Positions 1 through 8,294 are shown, counted from the stretch's first letter. The stretch: DNA of 24,000 nucleotides from Paenibacillus profundus (GCF_021369635.1 NZ_JAJNBZ010000003.1:1-24000), one strand, 5' to 3'. Translations and numbers: made by a program. The notes: generated from the letters alone by a model not told the origin.

Positions 1-52
1 CCTGTAGCGGACTTTCACCGCCGAGTTATCGCCCATGCCGGGCGCACTTAAA

Positions 53-79
53 AAGCTCCCCCTATAAAAAGAGGAGCTT
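53..79 (-). terminator. Candidate rho-independent terminator downstream of treA
   Basis: Inverted repeat AAGCTCC(C)C / G(A)GGAGCTT (53-61 / 71-79) with a 9-nt loop. On the minus strand the stem runs into TTTTTAAG. It lies about 85 nt after the treA stop. It could also end a plus-strand gene finishing near position 51. Confidence 0.45.
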
Positions 80-163
80 CTAATAGAGCTTCTATATTCT
101 GTTGAGCACAAGTTGTTCAGCCTCGTGCAGCATGTCATGTCAATGTGGCTCAGCGACGACATC

Positions 164-1864
164 TTACTTGTCGTTCACCACATGGAAAGCAACCGATTCA
201 TATGGGCGCAGTACGAGCCGTTCCATCGTATTCGGCGTGTCCGCATAGTTGCTTAGCAGAATGCGCGCATCGCCAGATACTCCAGCCTGCTGTGGCAGAG
301 TGAACGTCGTCGCGCGGCCGTAGAAATTGCTTACGACGAGCAGGTGCTCCTTCTTGTAGGAACGTACATACGCGAAGATGTCCGGATGGTCAGCCAGCAG
401 CAGCTTATAATCGCCGTGCACGATAATGTCGTATTGCTTGCGCAATTCAATCAATGTGCGATAGTGATAGAAAATGGAATCCGGATTCTGCAGCGCCTCC
501 TCGGCATGAACGGTGCGGTAGTTCGGCGCTGTCTGGATCCACGGCGTTCCGCTCGTGAAGCCGCCGTGCTCCGAATCATTCCACTGCATCGGCGTACGAG
601 AATTATCGCGCGATTTCTGCTGCAGAGCAGCCATCATATCAGATTCGGAAACACCGCGTTCCCGCAGCATCTGATACGCATTGATGGATTCAACGTCGCG
701 GTAATCGGCGATGTCAGCGAAATGCGGGTTCGTCATCCCAAGCTCTTCGCCTTGGTACACGTATGGCGTCCCTTGCATCAGATGCAGCGTCGTCGCGAGC
801 ATCTTGGCGGAAGGCACGCGGTACGCCCCGTCGTCGCCGAACCGGGACACGGCCCGCGGCTGATCATGGTTGCACCAGAACAGAGCGTTCCATCCGCCGC
901 CTGCGTTCATCCCTACTTGCCAGTCGCTCATAATCTGCTTCAGCTGCAAGAAATCAAATTCAGCGGCCACCCATTTCTCACCCTGCGGATAATCCACCTT
1001 CAGATGGTGGAAGTTGAACACCATGCTCAACTCGCGCTCATCCGGCCGAGTGTACTTCACGCAGTTATCCATCGTCGTCGAAGACATCTCGCCGACCGTC
1101 AGCAGCTGTGAATATTGCGAAAATACTCGCGCGTTCATTTCCTTCAAAAATTCATGAATGCGCGGGCCGTCCGTATAATATTTCCGTCCGTCAGCCGTCG
1201 GCATATCCAGCGAATCATCAGGAAAGCGTTGATCCTTGGAGATGACGTTGATGACATCCAGCCGGAACCCGTCAACGCCTTTGTCGAGCCAGAACTGCAT
1301 CATGTCGTACACACGGTCCCTGAGCATAGGGCTCTCCCAGTTCAAATCCGCTTGGGACACGTCGTATAGATGCAAGTAATATTGCCCCGTCGCTTCGTCA
1401 TATGCCCAGGCGCTGCCGCCGAACTTCGATTGCCAATTGTTCGGGGCTCCGCCGTTCATGCCGTCTTTCCAAATATAATAGTTGCGCAAAGGGCTGTCTG
1501 TGCCTTGGGCCGACTCCTTAAACCATGCATGCTCCGTCGACGTATGGTTGACGACGATATCCATGATGATTCTGATGCCTTTGGCATGTGCCTCGCGCAG
1601 CAGCTCCTCGAATGTCTCCATCGTGCCGTATTCCGGCTGGATACGATAATAGTCGCTAATGTCGTAACCATTATCCTTCTGCGGAGATTCATAGATCGGA
1701 GTGAGCCAAATGACATCGATGCCCAGTTCCTGCAAATAGTCCAGCTTGTCAATAATGCCTTGTAAATCGCCAAGTCCGTCTCCATCCGTATCGTTGAAGC
1801 TCTTCGGATAGATTTGATAAATGACTGATTTCTTCCACCACTCCTGCTCCAATTCCTGTTTCAT
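164..1864 (-). CDS. treA: Trehalose-6-phosphate hydrolase (GH13 alpha-glucosidase family)
   Basis: GH13 signatures are present (WWKKSVIYQIYPKSF, DGDGLGDLQGI, GIRIIMDIVVNHTS, GFRLDVIN, GEM). It lies directly downstream of a trehalose-type PTS EIIBC gene and near a TreR-like repressor. The start is set at ATG 1864 (MKQELEQEWWKK) by analogy with the short N-terminus of Bacillus TreA. ATG 1879 is an alternative. The track start at 1993 overlaps treP and is rejected. Confidence 0.85.
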   Translation of the reverse strand: MKQELEQEWWKKSVIYQIYPKSFNDTDGDGLGDLQGIIDKLDYLQELGIDVIWLTPIYESPQKDNGYDISDYYRIQPEYGTMETFEELLREAHAKGIRIIMDIVVNHTSTEHAWFKESAQGTDSPLRNYYIWKDGMNGGAPNNWQSKFGGSAWAYDEATGQYYLHLYDVSQADLNWESPMLRDRVYDMMQFWLDKGVDGFRLDVINVISKDQRFPDDSLDMPTADGRKYYTDGPRIHEFLKEMNARVFSQYSQLLTVGEMSSTTMDNCVKYTRPDERELSMVFNFHHLKVDYPQGEKWVAAEFDFLQLKQIMSDWQVGMNAGGGWNALFWCNHDQPRAVSRFGDDGAYRVPSAKMLATTLHLMQGTPYVYQGEELGMTNPHFADIADYRDVESINAYQMLRERGVSESDMMAALQQKSRDNSRTPMQWNDSEHGGFTSGTPWIQTAPNYRTVHAEEALQNPDSIFYHYRTLIELRKQYDIIVHGDYKLLLADHPDIFAYVRSYKKEHLLVVSNFYGRATTFTLPQQAGVSGDARILLSNYADTPNTMERLVLRPYESVAFHVVNDK

Positions 1865-1902
1865 CACTTGCACCACCATGTCTTTCTTTTTTGCATTCTC
1901 TA

Positions 1903-3315
1903 CTACGATTGCCGCTTTGTCTTCCCGATAAAGAGCGTAATGACGAACGGAACTACCAACGCAACCGCCATGCCGATGAAGAATGGCACCCATTGCTGCG
2001 GGAAGATGGACAAGAATCCCGGCAGCCCGCCCACACCGATGGATAAGGCCTTAACCTTGAACGCTGTAATAACGACAGCTCCGAGAGCCGAACCAATCAT
2101 CGCTGCAATGAACGGGTACCTCAGGCGCAGGTTCACACCGAACATGGCTGGTTCCGTAATGCCCAGATAAGCCGAGATTGCGGAGGTAATCGACATCCCT
2201 TTCAGCTTCTCGTCTTTGGATACGAACATCATGGCGAGCGCCGACGAGCCTTGCGCAATGTTGGACAGGGCCAAAATCGGCCACAAGAACGTGCTGCCCG
2301 TGCTGGCAATCAGCTGCAAATCAACGGCCAGGAACGTATGGTGCATGCCCGTGACAACTAGAAGCGGATACAGACTGCCGTAGATGAGTCCGCCCAATAT
2401 AGAAAAGTGTTCAAATATTCCAACGAACGCCGTCGTAATCGCATTGCCAATCGCAAATGTCAGCGGTCCAATAACGATGAAGGACAAAAATCCGGTCAGC
2501 AATAGCGTAATCGGTGCGACGAGCAGCAATTTGAACCCGTCAGGTACCCGTTTGTTCAAAAATGACTCAATTTTGGCCAAACAGAAAGCGGAAACGAGCA
2601 CCGGCAGCACCTGGCCTTGATACCCGATCTTTTCAAATTCGAAGCCAAATAAGTTCCAATGCGGTACGGTTCCGTTCGCAAGAGCATCTCCGTACGACCA
2701 TGCGTTCATCAGATCAGGATGAATGAGCATCAGGCCGAGCACGATCCCGAGCAGCTCGCTGCCCCCGAACTTCTTCACGGCAGACCAGCCGATAAGTCCC
2801 GGCAGGAAGACGAAGGCCGTATTGGCGATCAGATTGATCATTTCGGCGAAGCCTTTCCATTGACCGTACACATCGATGAAGGCTTGATCCGCGAAGAATA
2901 TCCCTTTGCCCGTCAAGATGTTGTTGATCCCCATCAAGAGACCGGCCGTTACGATGGCAGGCAGAATCGGAATGAAAATATCGGCCAGCGTTTTGATCGC
3001 ACGCTGCAGCGGATTTAATTTTTTTGCCGCCGCATCCTTAATGTCTTGCTTGGAAGCGCGTTCGCCTCCGGTCAGGGCCAGCAGCTCCCCGTATACTTTC
3101 TCAACGAGCCCGGGCCCGATGATGACTTGAAACTGTCCATTCGTTGAAAATGATCCTTTGACCAATTCATTGTGCTCAAGCGATTGTTGATCCACAACGC
3201 CCTCATCCTTCAGCGCGAACCGCAGCCGGGTCACGCAGTGGGTTACGGCATCAATATTGTCTTTTCCCCCAATGGCATCCAAAATCTGCTCGACCGACTG
3301 TTGCTTGATAGCCAT
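1903..3315 (-). CDS. treP: PTS trehalose-specific EIIBC component
   Basis: 470 aa. The N-terminal EIIB domain carries the phospho-cysteine motif (AVTHCVTRLRF), followed by a polytopic EIIC domain. SD is GGAGG, 7 nt before the ATG. It is syntenic with treA and treR. Confidence 0.85.
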   Translation of the reverse strand: MAIKQQSVEQILDAIGGKDNIDAVTHCVTRLRFALKDEGVVDQQSLEHNELVKGSFSTNGQFQVIIGPGLVEKVYGELLALTGGERASKQDIKDAAAKKLNPLQRAIKTLADIFIPILPAIVTAGLLMGINNILTGKGIFFADQAFIDVYGQWKGFAEMINLIANTAFVFLPGLIGWSAVKKFGGSELLGIVLGLMLIHPDLMNAWSYGDALANGTVPHWNLFGFEFEKIGYQGQVLPVLVSAFCLAKIESFLNKRVPDGFKLLLVAPITLLLTGFLSFIVIGPLTFAIGNAITTAFVGIFEHFSILGGLIYGSLYPLLVVTGMHHTFLAVDLQLIASTGSTFLWPILALSNIAQGSSALAMMFVSKDEKLKGMSITSAISAYLGITEPAMFGVNLRLRYPFIAAMIGSALGAVVITAFKVKALSIGVGGLPGFLSIFPQQWVPFFIGMAVALVVPFVITLFIGKTKRQS

Positions 3316-3330
3316 GTGTTAACCTCCCCA

Positions 3331-3345
3331 ATGGAATCGCTTCCA
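3331..3345 (-). promoter_or_regulatory. cre (CcpA catabolite-responsive element) candidate in the treP leader
   Basis: aTGGAATCGCTTCCA matches every fixed position of the cre consensus WTGNAANCGNWNNCW. The core TGGAATCGCTTCCA is a perfect 14-bp palindrome. It sits between the predicted -10 and the treP SD. Confidence 0.6.
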
Positions 3346-3359
3346 TGATTGTCGAATTT

Positions 3360-3388
3360 ATTATAACTTGTATAGACAGGTTTGTAAA
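3360..3388 (-). promoter_or_regulatory. Sigma-A type promoter of treP-treA
   Basis: On the minus strand, TTTACA (3388-3383), a 17-nt spacer, then TATAAT (3365-3360), about 45 nt upstream of the treP ATG. Confidence 0.65.
3366..3380 (-). promoter_or_regulatory. TreR (GntR/HutC) operator candidate, promoter-spacer copy
   Basis: ACTTGTATAGACAgg repeats the first 13 nt of the upstream operator. It fills the -35/-10 spacer. Confidence 0.55.
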
Positions 3389-3389
3389 C

Positions 3390-3405
3390 ACTTGTATAGA
3401 CAAGT
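3390..3405 (-). promoter_or_regulatory. TreR (GntR/HutC) operator candidate, upstream copy
   Basis: ACTTGTATAGACAAGT has perfect inverted arms ACTTGT/ACAAGT. It abuts the -35 element. Two tandem palindromic tre operators are known in B. subtilis. Confidence 0.6.
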
Positions 3406-3490
3406 TATTGAGTACGGCTTCATGTAATATATACCAAGCGTTTTCTTACTTAGTACTACCCATTTCCAGTGGATAAATAACCTTCTGGAC

Positions 3491-3524
3491 GCAAAAAATC
3501 CAGCCAAACAAATTCAGCTGGATT
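3491..3524 (-). terminator. Rho-independent terminator after the AraC-family gene
   Basis: Minus strand: AATCCAGC, 12-nt loop, GCTGGATT, followed by a T-run (GCTGGATTTTTTGCG). It starts 7 nt after the stop at 3531. Confidence 0.7.
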
Positions 3525-3530
3525 ACACGA

Positions 3531-4475
3531 TTATATAGATAAAGCATTCTTCTTGAAATGAGTAGGGGTGACGCCCGTCTGGCGCTTGAACACTCTTGAA
3601 AAGTATGGTACGTCGTTAAACCCGACCTGGAAGCAAATGTCCGTAACCGACATGTCCGTATCCAACAGCATCGCAGCCGCCTTGTGAACCCGCAGGTCGA
3701 CAAGATAGTCATTATACGTCTTGCCGGTAAACCGCTTGAACAACACGCAAAAATACGATTTTGAAATATTAAACTTACGGCATAGCATCTCTAGACGGAG
3801 CTCTTCATTATAGTGCTCGTGGATGTAATTGATTGCCCCGGTCATCAATTCCCTGAATTTCTCCAACCGTTCGTCTTCATCGTTCGATTGGCCGGATTGC
3901 CGGGCCATCTCCCGGACGAGGATCGACATGAGCTTAAGCAGATCCGCCTTCAGAACAAGCTCATAGTATCGTTTGCCATGCTGGAGCTCCTCCAGCATAT
4001 CATGCAGGATGCGCGACACTTCGAGATCTGTCTCTCCAGACAGCGCGACTTTCGGCGTTACATGCTCCTCGTCAAGCATGAACTGCTCTAGGTAGGAATA
4101 ATCGAACCCGCCCCTGCTGCCATTATGCGGATGGTACTGCTCGTCGATGAAGTGCGGCAGAAATTCACACCCGATAATATCGATTTCCTGTCCCGGCACC
4201 AGCGACACACGGTGAACGGCATAAGGGGGAATGACAAAAATGTTGCCCTTGACCATCCGGTACGTATGCTGGTTAATCGTATGCATAAATTCGCCTTTGA
4301 CGACATACCAAATTTGAAAATAATCGTGCGTATGATCGCGGATGCTGCCGCCCGCCCGATTCCAACGATATACCTTGAAGGGCAGCGGCGTTCCGATCTC
4401 ACTTTCCGCCCGGTAAAAAACGACATCTTCCGGCATCTCTTGATGCTGCTCTTGTCTTTGTTCCGGATTAGACAA
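3531..4475 (-). CDS. AraC/XylS-family transcriptional regulator with N-terminal cupin sensor domain
   Basis: The C-terminus has the dual HTH typical of AraC (SKSYFCVLFKRFTGKTYNDYL ... GFNDVPYFSRVFKRQTGVTPTHF). The N-terminal cupin has HTHDYFQIWYVVKG. TTG start at 4475, with SD GGGGGA 6 nt upstream. Confidence 0.85.
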   Translation of the reverse strand: MSNPEQRQEQHQEMPEDVVFYRAESEIGTPLPFKVYRWNRAGGSIRDHTHDYFQIWYVVKGEFMHTINQHTYRMVKGNIFVIPPYAVHRVSLVPGQEIDIIGCEFLPHFIDEQYHPHNGSRGGFDYSYLEQFMLDEEHVTPKVALSGETDLEVSRILHDMLEELQHGKRYYELVLKADLLKLMSILVREMARQSGQSNDEDERLEKFRELMTGAINYIHEHYNEELRLEMLCRKFNISKSYFCVLFKRFTGKTYNDYLVDLRVHKAAAMLLDTDMSVTDICFQVGFNDVPYFSRVFKRQTGVTPTHFKKNALSI

Positions 4476-4589
4476 CGTTTATCCCCCTTACTGTCCTCAT
4501 CATATTGCCGTAATCGGCTATCTTGCCTTGTATCGAGACGATCGCATGGAAATTGATCAACTGCAAAAGGACAGCTCGTTCCCTCTAAA

Positions 4590-5312
4590 TTAGCGGCGGC
4601 GTGCAAAATCAGTAAAGACGAAGCGCTCGGGATGGTGGCGCGATTCCGTATATTCGAACAAGGTGCCGTCATGCAAATGGACGAAGTTCTTCACGACGAC
4701 GACGAAGCTGTACGATTTCATATCCAGATGTTCGCGGTCCTTCGCCGCCGCCGGCTCGACTTGAATGATTCTTTGCGCAAAGCCTATCTTTAAGCCCAGC
4801 TCTTGTTCGATGAAATCGTAGATGGATCGTTCGGCTATCTCTTTCGTCAATCCTTCCAGCTTCTCTTTTAAAAAGTAGTTGATATCCAAAATGATGCGTT
4901 CCCCATCCAGCTTACGCACACGGTGCAGGCAGTACACCTGTTCACCTAGAGGCAGGCGTGTCCGTTGATGCAGCTTGTCGGTTATGTTCATTTCCGCAAA
5001 ATACGGAACCGCCGTGTCGAAATGCTGTCCGCTGCTCTCGCTCGCTTCTTTGAAGCTGACCAGTCCGCCGAACGAGAACGAAATGGCATTGTTGTCGAGC
5101 ACATACACGCCTTTGCCCGGATGACGGTTCACGAGCCCTTCCTCGACAAGCAAGTCGAGAGCGTTGCGAATCGTTCCTCTGCTCGTGTCATAGATGCCGC
5201 AAAATTCATGCTCCGACGGCAGTTTTGCCCCCGGACCGTATTGCCCGGATGCAATTTTCCCTTTGATATCATCATAAATGGTCATGTACCGCTTACTCGT
5301 GTTCATATTCAT
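4590..5312 (-). CDS. treR: Trehalose operon repressor, GntR/HutC family (wHTH + UTRA)
   Basis: By recall, similarity to B. subtilis TreR runs end to end (LPSEHEF..YDTSRGTIRNAL, VSFKE, ...FEYTESRHHPERFVFTDFARRR). The start is set at ATG 5312, with SD GGGGGA 5 nt upstream. The track start at 5339 lacks an SD. Confidence 0.8.
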   Translation of the reverse strand: MNMNTSKRYMTIYDDIKGKIASGQYGPGAKLPSEHEFCGIYDTSRGTIRNALDLLVEEGLVNRHPGKGVYVLDNNAISFSFGGLVSFKEASESSGQHFDTAVPYFAEMNITDKLHQRTRLPLGEQVYCLHRVRKLDGERIILDINYFLKEKLEGLTKEIAERSIYDFIEQELGLKIGFAQRIIQVEPAAAKDREHLDMKSYSFVVVVKNFVHLHDGTLFEYTESRHHPERFVFTDFARRR

Positions 5313-5453
5313 AGCAATCCCCCGATAATGCTTCCACATTCCGCTGCTTCAAGTATTCCTCTTTCATCATCATATCATGATCAGGGCGGCAGAGGAAAAC
5401 GGGAGGCACATCATCAGGCAGGCGCAATCTTGTCGGCCATCGTTCAAAGCCCC

Positions 5454-5937
5454 CTACGCTCCCTCATCCCAATCGAGCGGCCATCCTTCTCTCTGCTTGG
5501 TGAACGGTTCATATGTTCCGGATTCTGGGTCAAAAAGATATACTTGCCCCGCTCCTCCTTCCCGCACATGAATCGCATACTTGCCGATGACAAGCTGCAG
5601 CCAAGGTTGCTCTCCCTGCGTTAATGCGCGGTCGGCTCCCGTCTTCGGAACGATCACTTCCACACTCCGTCCAGCCGCCGCTGCCTCCCGCTCTACTAAA
5701 CGCACAGCATCCTCGTAAGTATAGGCAGGCAGTTGCGTAATATATATAATAGCTGCCTATCATACCGAAGCTAAGAAACGCTATCGCAAGGAGAATAAGC
5801 CTGCGCTTCATGAAAGACATTCGGTTGCGCCATGCAAACAGGAGCAGCAAGGGAATTCCGATAAGAACAAGTGCAAGTATATAATAATGCTCCGCGTTCA
5901 ACACGAATTCGTACTTTCGGTTTGGGAGGGAAAACAT
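5454..5937 (-). pseudogene. Two-TM membrane-anchored protein of unknown function, apparently frameshifted
   Basis: SD GGGGGAGG lies 8 nt before ATG 5937. The N-terminal part has two hydrophobic helices. After the TA-rich tract (about 5737-5756) frame 1 becomes R/G/C/S-rich junk running to 5530. The +1 frame opens at 5756 and encodes a well-behaved soluble domain ending at 5454. Confidence 0.45.
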
Positions 5938-5999
5938 CAATTTTTCCTCCCCCTTATGGTTCATCGGTGCAGCTCCCATATATAATCTATAGGAATTAT

Positions 6000-6140
6000 G
6001 CGATATACTGTTCATGAGTGTAAAAACACAGTTCGGTCGGTAGTCCGGACGCATCCGTCCATTCATAATACCGCGGATGTCAGTAACCTTCCCCCCTCGG
6101 GATGTCCGTCACTCGAAGTCTGATTGAGGGGGAACTGAAT
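6000..6140 (+). promoter_or_regulatory. Candidate yjdF-class (azaaromatic) riboswitch / SD-sequestering leader
   Basis: A leader of roughly 150 nt precedes a yjdF homologue, with a TATAAT hexamer at 5981-5986. Hairpin GGACG-catc-CGTCC at 6047-6060. Duplicated GGATGTC (6075-6081 and 6100-6106); either copy can pair with CATCC (6052-6056). TTCCCCCCTC (6089-6098) is complementary to the SD GAGGGGGAA (6126-6134). Class assignment rests on gene context, not on a model search. Confidence 0.4.
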
Positions 6141-6551
6141 GTGAAACTGACCGTATTTTTTGATGCTCCGTTCTGGGTGGGCGTAGTGGAGAAAGCAGAT
6201 GGAAATCAAGTGAAAGCGTGCCGGCATGTGTTCGGCTCCGAGCCGAAAGATGCAGACGTGCTGGAATTCGTGCAGACGCTCATGATGCCGTTAATCGAGC
6301 TCGTCTCGCAGAGCGCCGAGGCGGCTTGCGCTCCTATCCGCCGCGTAAATCCGAAACGGCTGGCTAGACTCGTAGCAAGAGAGATGCAGCTGCAAGGCAT
6401 ATCTTCGCAGTCGCAAGAAGCGCTGCGGCTGGAGCTGGAGAACCGGAAGAAGGAACGCACCCATCGTTCACGCGAGCAGCGCGAAGCATTGAAGGAGAAG
6501 AAGCGGAGCATTCGCATGCAGAAGAAGAAAGACAAGCATAAAGGCAGGTAG
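6141..6551 (+). CDS. yjdF: YjdF-like protein (DUF2992)
   Basis: VKLTVFFDAPFWVGVVE...RHVFGSEP...INPKRL followed by a K/R/E-rich tail matches the B. subtilis YjdF pattern. GTG start at 6141, with SD GAGGGGGA 7 nt upstream. Confidence 0.75.
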   Translation: MKLTVFFDAPFWVGVVEKADGNQVKACRHVFGSEPKDADVLEFVQTLMMPLIELVSQSAEAACAPIRRVNPKRLARLVAREMQLQGISSQSQEALRLELENRKKERTHRSREQREALKEKKRSIRMQKKKDKHKGR

Positions 6552-6563
6552 CATTTATGCTGC

Positions 6564-6598
6564 GGCCCCGGTAACCTTGGTTGCCGGGGCCTGTTTTC
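6564..6598 (+). terminator. Rho-independent terminator after yjdF
   Basis: GGCCCCGGTAACC-tt-GGTTGCCGGGGCC followed by TGTTTT. It starts 13 nt after the stop codon. Confidence 0.75.
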
Positions 6599-6671
6599 AG
6601 TTACATAACAGGTGTAATTCGATGTCGAATTTGCCTCTTGCCAGACTCATGAGCAGGCAACCGCTCAGCGC

Positions 6672-7547
6672 TTATTCAAAATATCGCGACTCCTTGATGA
6701 TATCGCTGGTCGGCGTCAAGGTCGCCTCCGCTGCCGTCTTGCCAGTCTTTTTCAGATAAGCCTGGACCATGTGATATCCGAAAGCATATCCTCCGGAAGC
6801 CGGCATTCCGATCGCTTCGCCTCCGAACATCGCCATGACTTCATCACCAAAAATATAGCTTCTCACCTCGTTGAAGCCGCTGACATGCAGCGCTGCGCCG
6901 ATTAACTGCTTCGCCCGTGCCAATGACTCCGCATCCACCCGGCTTACCCATGGCCCGACTTTATCCCAACCGTACAGCGAATGCACAAATGCTTCGGCCA
7001 AGCCTTCCATGACAATATACTGCGCAACCGTAACATTCATGCTCCAAGGCTCATAGCCAAGCCGCATTTGATGGTTGAATTCATGGGCAGCGGCAGCCGG
7101 AAGACGCGGAAGATTGAATTCATTCGGCCATACGTTAACCATAATGTAGCCCGGAATGCCTGCGAACCCGGTATATCCCTGATGAAATGCCGCCATCTCA
7201 GGCTGACGATCTTCCAGCAAAAAGAGGCCAAATTCGATGTCCGTTACGGGCGGCTTATAGCCAAGCTCGTTAAAGCTTGCCCACGATTGCTCCAGCGCTT
7301 GACGGCACAGCTCCTCGGCATCCGCCTCTGCCAACAGGTTGAGCGCCGTTTCATACCGCTCCGTCGGACCATCCGGCCGCATCAGGCCGAACTGCTCGAG
7401 CGGATCATTTTGCGGCGGCACGATATAGCCTATCATCCCCTCGAACGGCCCCAGCAGACGCTTGCGCATCGCTTCCTCCCTCAGTTCCTGCGGCAGCGCG
7501 ATAATATCACGTTGCCTCTGTACCATATCATGCATGTTAATATTCAT
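6672..7547 (-). CDS. DUF2268-family predicted Zn-dependent protease
   Basis: 291 aa with an HExxH motif (AAHEFNHQMR) in a context typical of DUF2268 proteins. SD AAAGGGGA lies 7 nt before ATG 7547. Confidence 0.7.
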   Translation of the reverse strand: MNINMHDMVQRQRDIIALPQELREEAMRKRLLGPFEGMIGYIVPPQNDPLEQFGLMRPDGPTERYETALNLLAEADAEELCRQALEQSWASFNELGYKPPVTDIEFGLFLLEDRQPEMAAFHQGYTGFAGIPGYIMVNVWPNEFNLPRLPAAAAHEFNHQMRLGYEPWSMNVTVAQYIVMEGLAEAFVHSLYGWDKVGPWVSRVDAESLARAKQLIGAALHVSGFNEVRSYIFGDEVMAMFGGEAIGMPASGGYAFGYHMVQAYLKKTGKTAAEATLTPTSDIIKESRYFE

Positions 7548-7783
7548 GATGTAATCCCCTTTCCTATCCTTGTCACTAATGAAGATACGGGATCACGTTA
7601 CGTGAGAGTCAAGCCTAACTTTTTAAGGCGCTGCATGTCCTTTCTTGGCGCCATAGAATGTCCCCGTTCAATGTCGTGCGCTCCAGTTGCCATGCTTGGC
7701 GTAGAAGTAAGGACTGTCTTTTCATCCGATAGGGTTTGCGATATAGTGAGGACAACATTGTTGATATTTCTCGAGGTGGTTAA

Positions 7784-8113
7784 ATGTTCATTGCTGTACT
7801 GCTCTTTATTGTTGCTGGTCTCGCTGAGATCGGCGGCGGCTATATGGTGTGGCTCTGGCTGCGCGAAGACCGGCCGCTATGGTATGGCATCGTCGGAAGC
7901 CTTATCTTAATCGCATATGGTGTTATCCCTACGCTGCAATCCTTTCCTTCATTCGGTCGCGTCTATGCGGCTTATGGAGGAGTATTCGTCATTCTTGCAG
8001 TTCTCTGGGGCTGGTGGGTGGATAAGAAGACGCCGGACTTTTACGACTGGGTCGGTGCCGTCTTCTGTCTGGCGGGCGTAGCCATTATGCTGTGGGCGCC
8101 GCGATCGTCCTAA
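7784..8113 (+). CDS. ynfA: YnfA/UPF0060 family small inner-membrane protein
   Basis: 109 aa with four TM segments and conserved YnfA blocks (LAEIGGGYMVWLWLR, GRVYAAYGGVFV, DWVGA). SD is GAGGTGG. Confidence 0.8.
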   Translation: MFIAVLLFIVAGLAEIGGGYMVWLWLREDRPLWYGIVGSLILIAYGVIPTLQSFPSFGRVYAAYGGVFVILAVLWGWWVDKKTPDFYDWVGAVFCLAGVAIMLWAPRSS

Positions 8114-8294
8114 GGCTGGGGACACCGGAAATTAATGATGACGACGACGAAAGCAGCGGCTATATAAGTTGAACTATTGAATTTTTTGGCTTCCACTCAC
8201 TCTCCCCTTTGATCAGTAACTACGACTCCCGCATATCTCAGACGCCAGGCAGTTTAAAAAAAGAAAAATCCTTGCGATCTGACTCCGAGCCAGA

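Noticed and set aside
1-51. Possible 3' end of a plus-strand gene (..PVADFHRRVIAHAGRT, stop at 49-51)
   Set aside because: Only 16 codons are visible, which is too little to support a call.
1865-1993. N-terminal extension of the treA ORF in the track (start at 1993)
   Set aside because: It overlaps the 3' end of treP by 90 nt and has no SD, and the extension has no counterpart in GH13 hydrolases. The internal ATG 1864 gives the expected N-terminus. The same reasoning removes the extensions 19153-19242 (amidohydrolase), 22262-22327 (mutS2-like) and 5313-5339 (treR).
344-3130. Plus-strand ORFs antisense to treA and treP (344-1111, 1115-1369, 1370-1765, 1868-2170, 2384-2620, 2659-3018, 2906-3130)
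   Set aside because: These are shadow ORFs on the strand opposite two confidently identified genes. They have no SDs, and their R/H/L/P-rich composition is typical of antisense translation.
3446-3712. 88-aa minus-strand ORF overlapping the AraC gene 3' end
   Set aside because: It is out of frame with a confidently identified gene and spans that gene's terminator.
5530-5700. C-terminal tail of the 178-aa ORF (5530-6066)
   Set aside because: After the TA-tract the frame encodes implausible R/G/C/S-rich sequence that overlaps a better-looking frame. I interpret it as the out-of-frame continuation of a frameshifted gene.
6981-7910. 309-aa plus-strand ORF
   Set aside because: It is antisense to the DUF2268 gene for most of its length, then crosses the intergenic region into ynfA out of frame. 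It has no SD.
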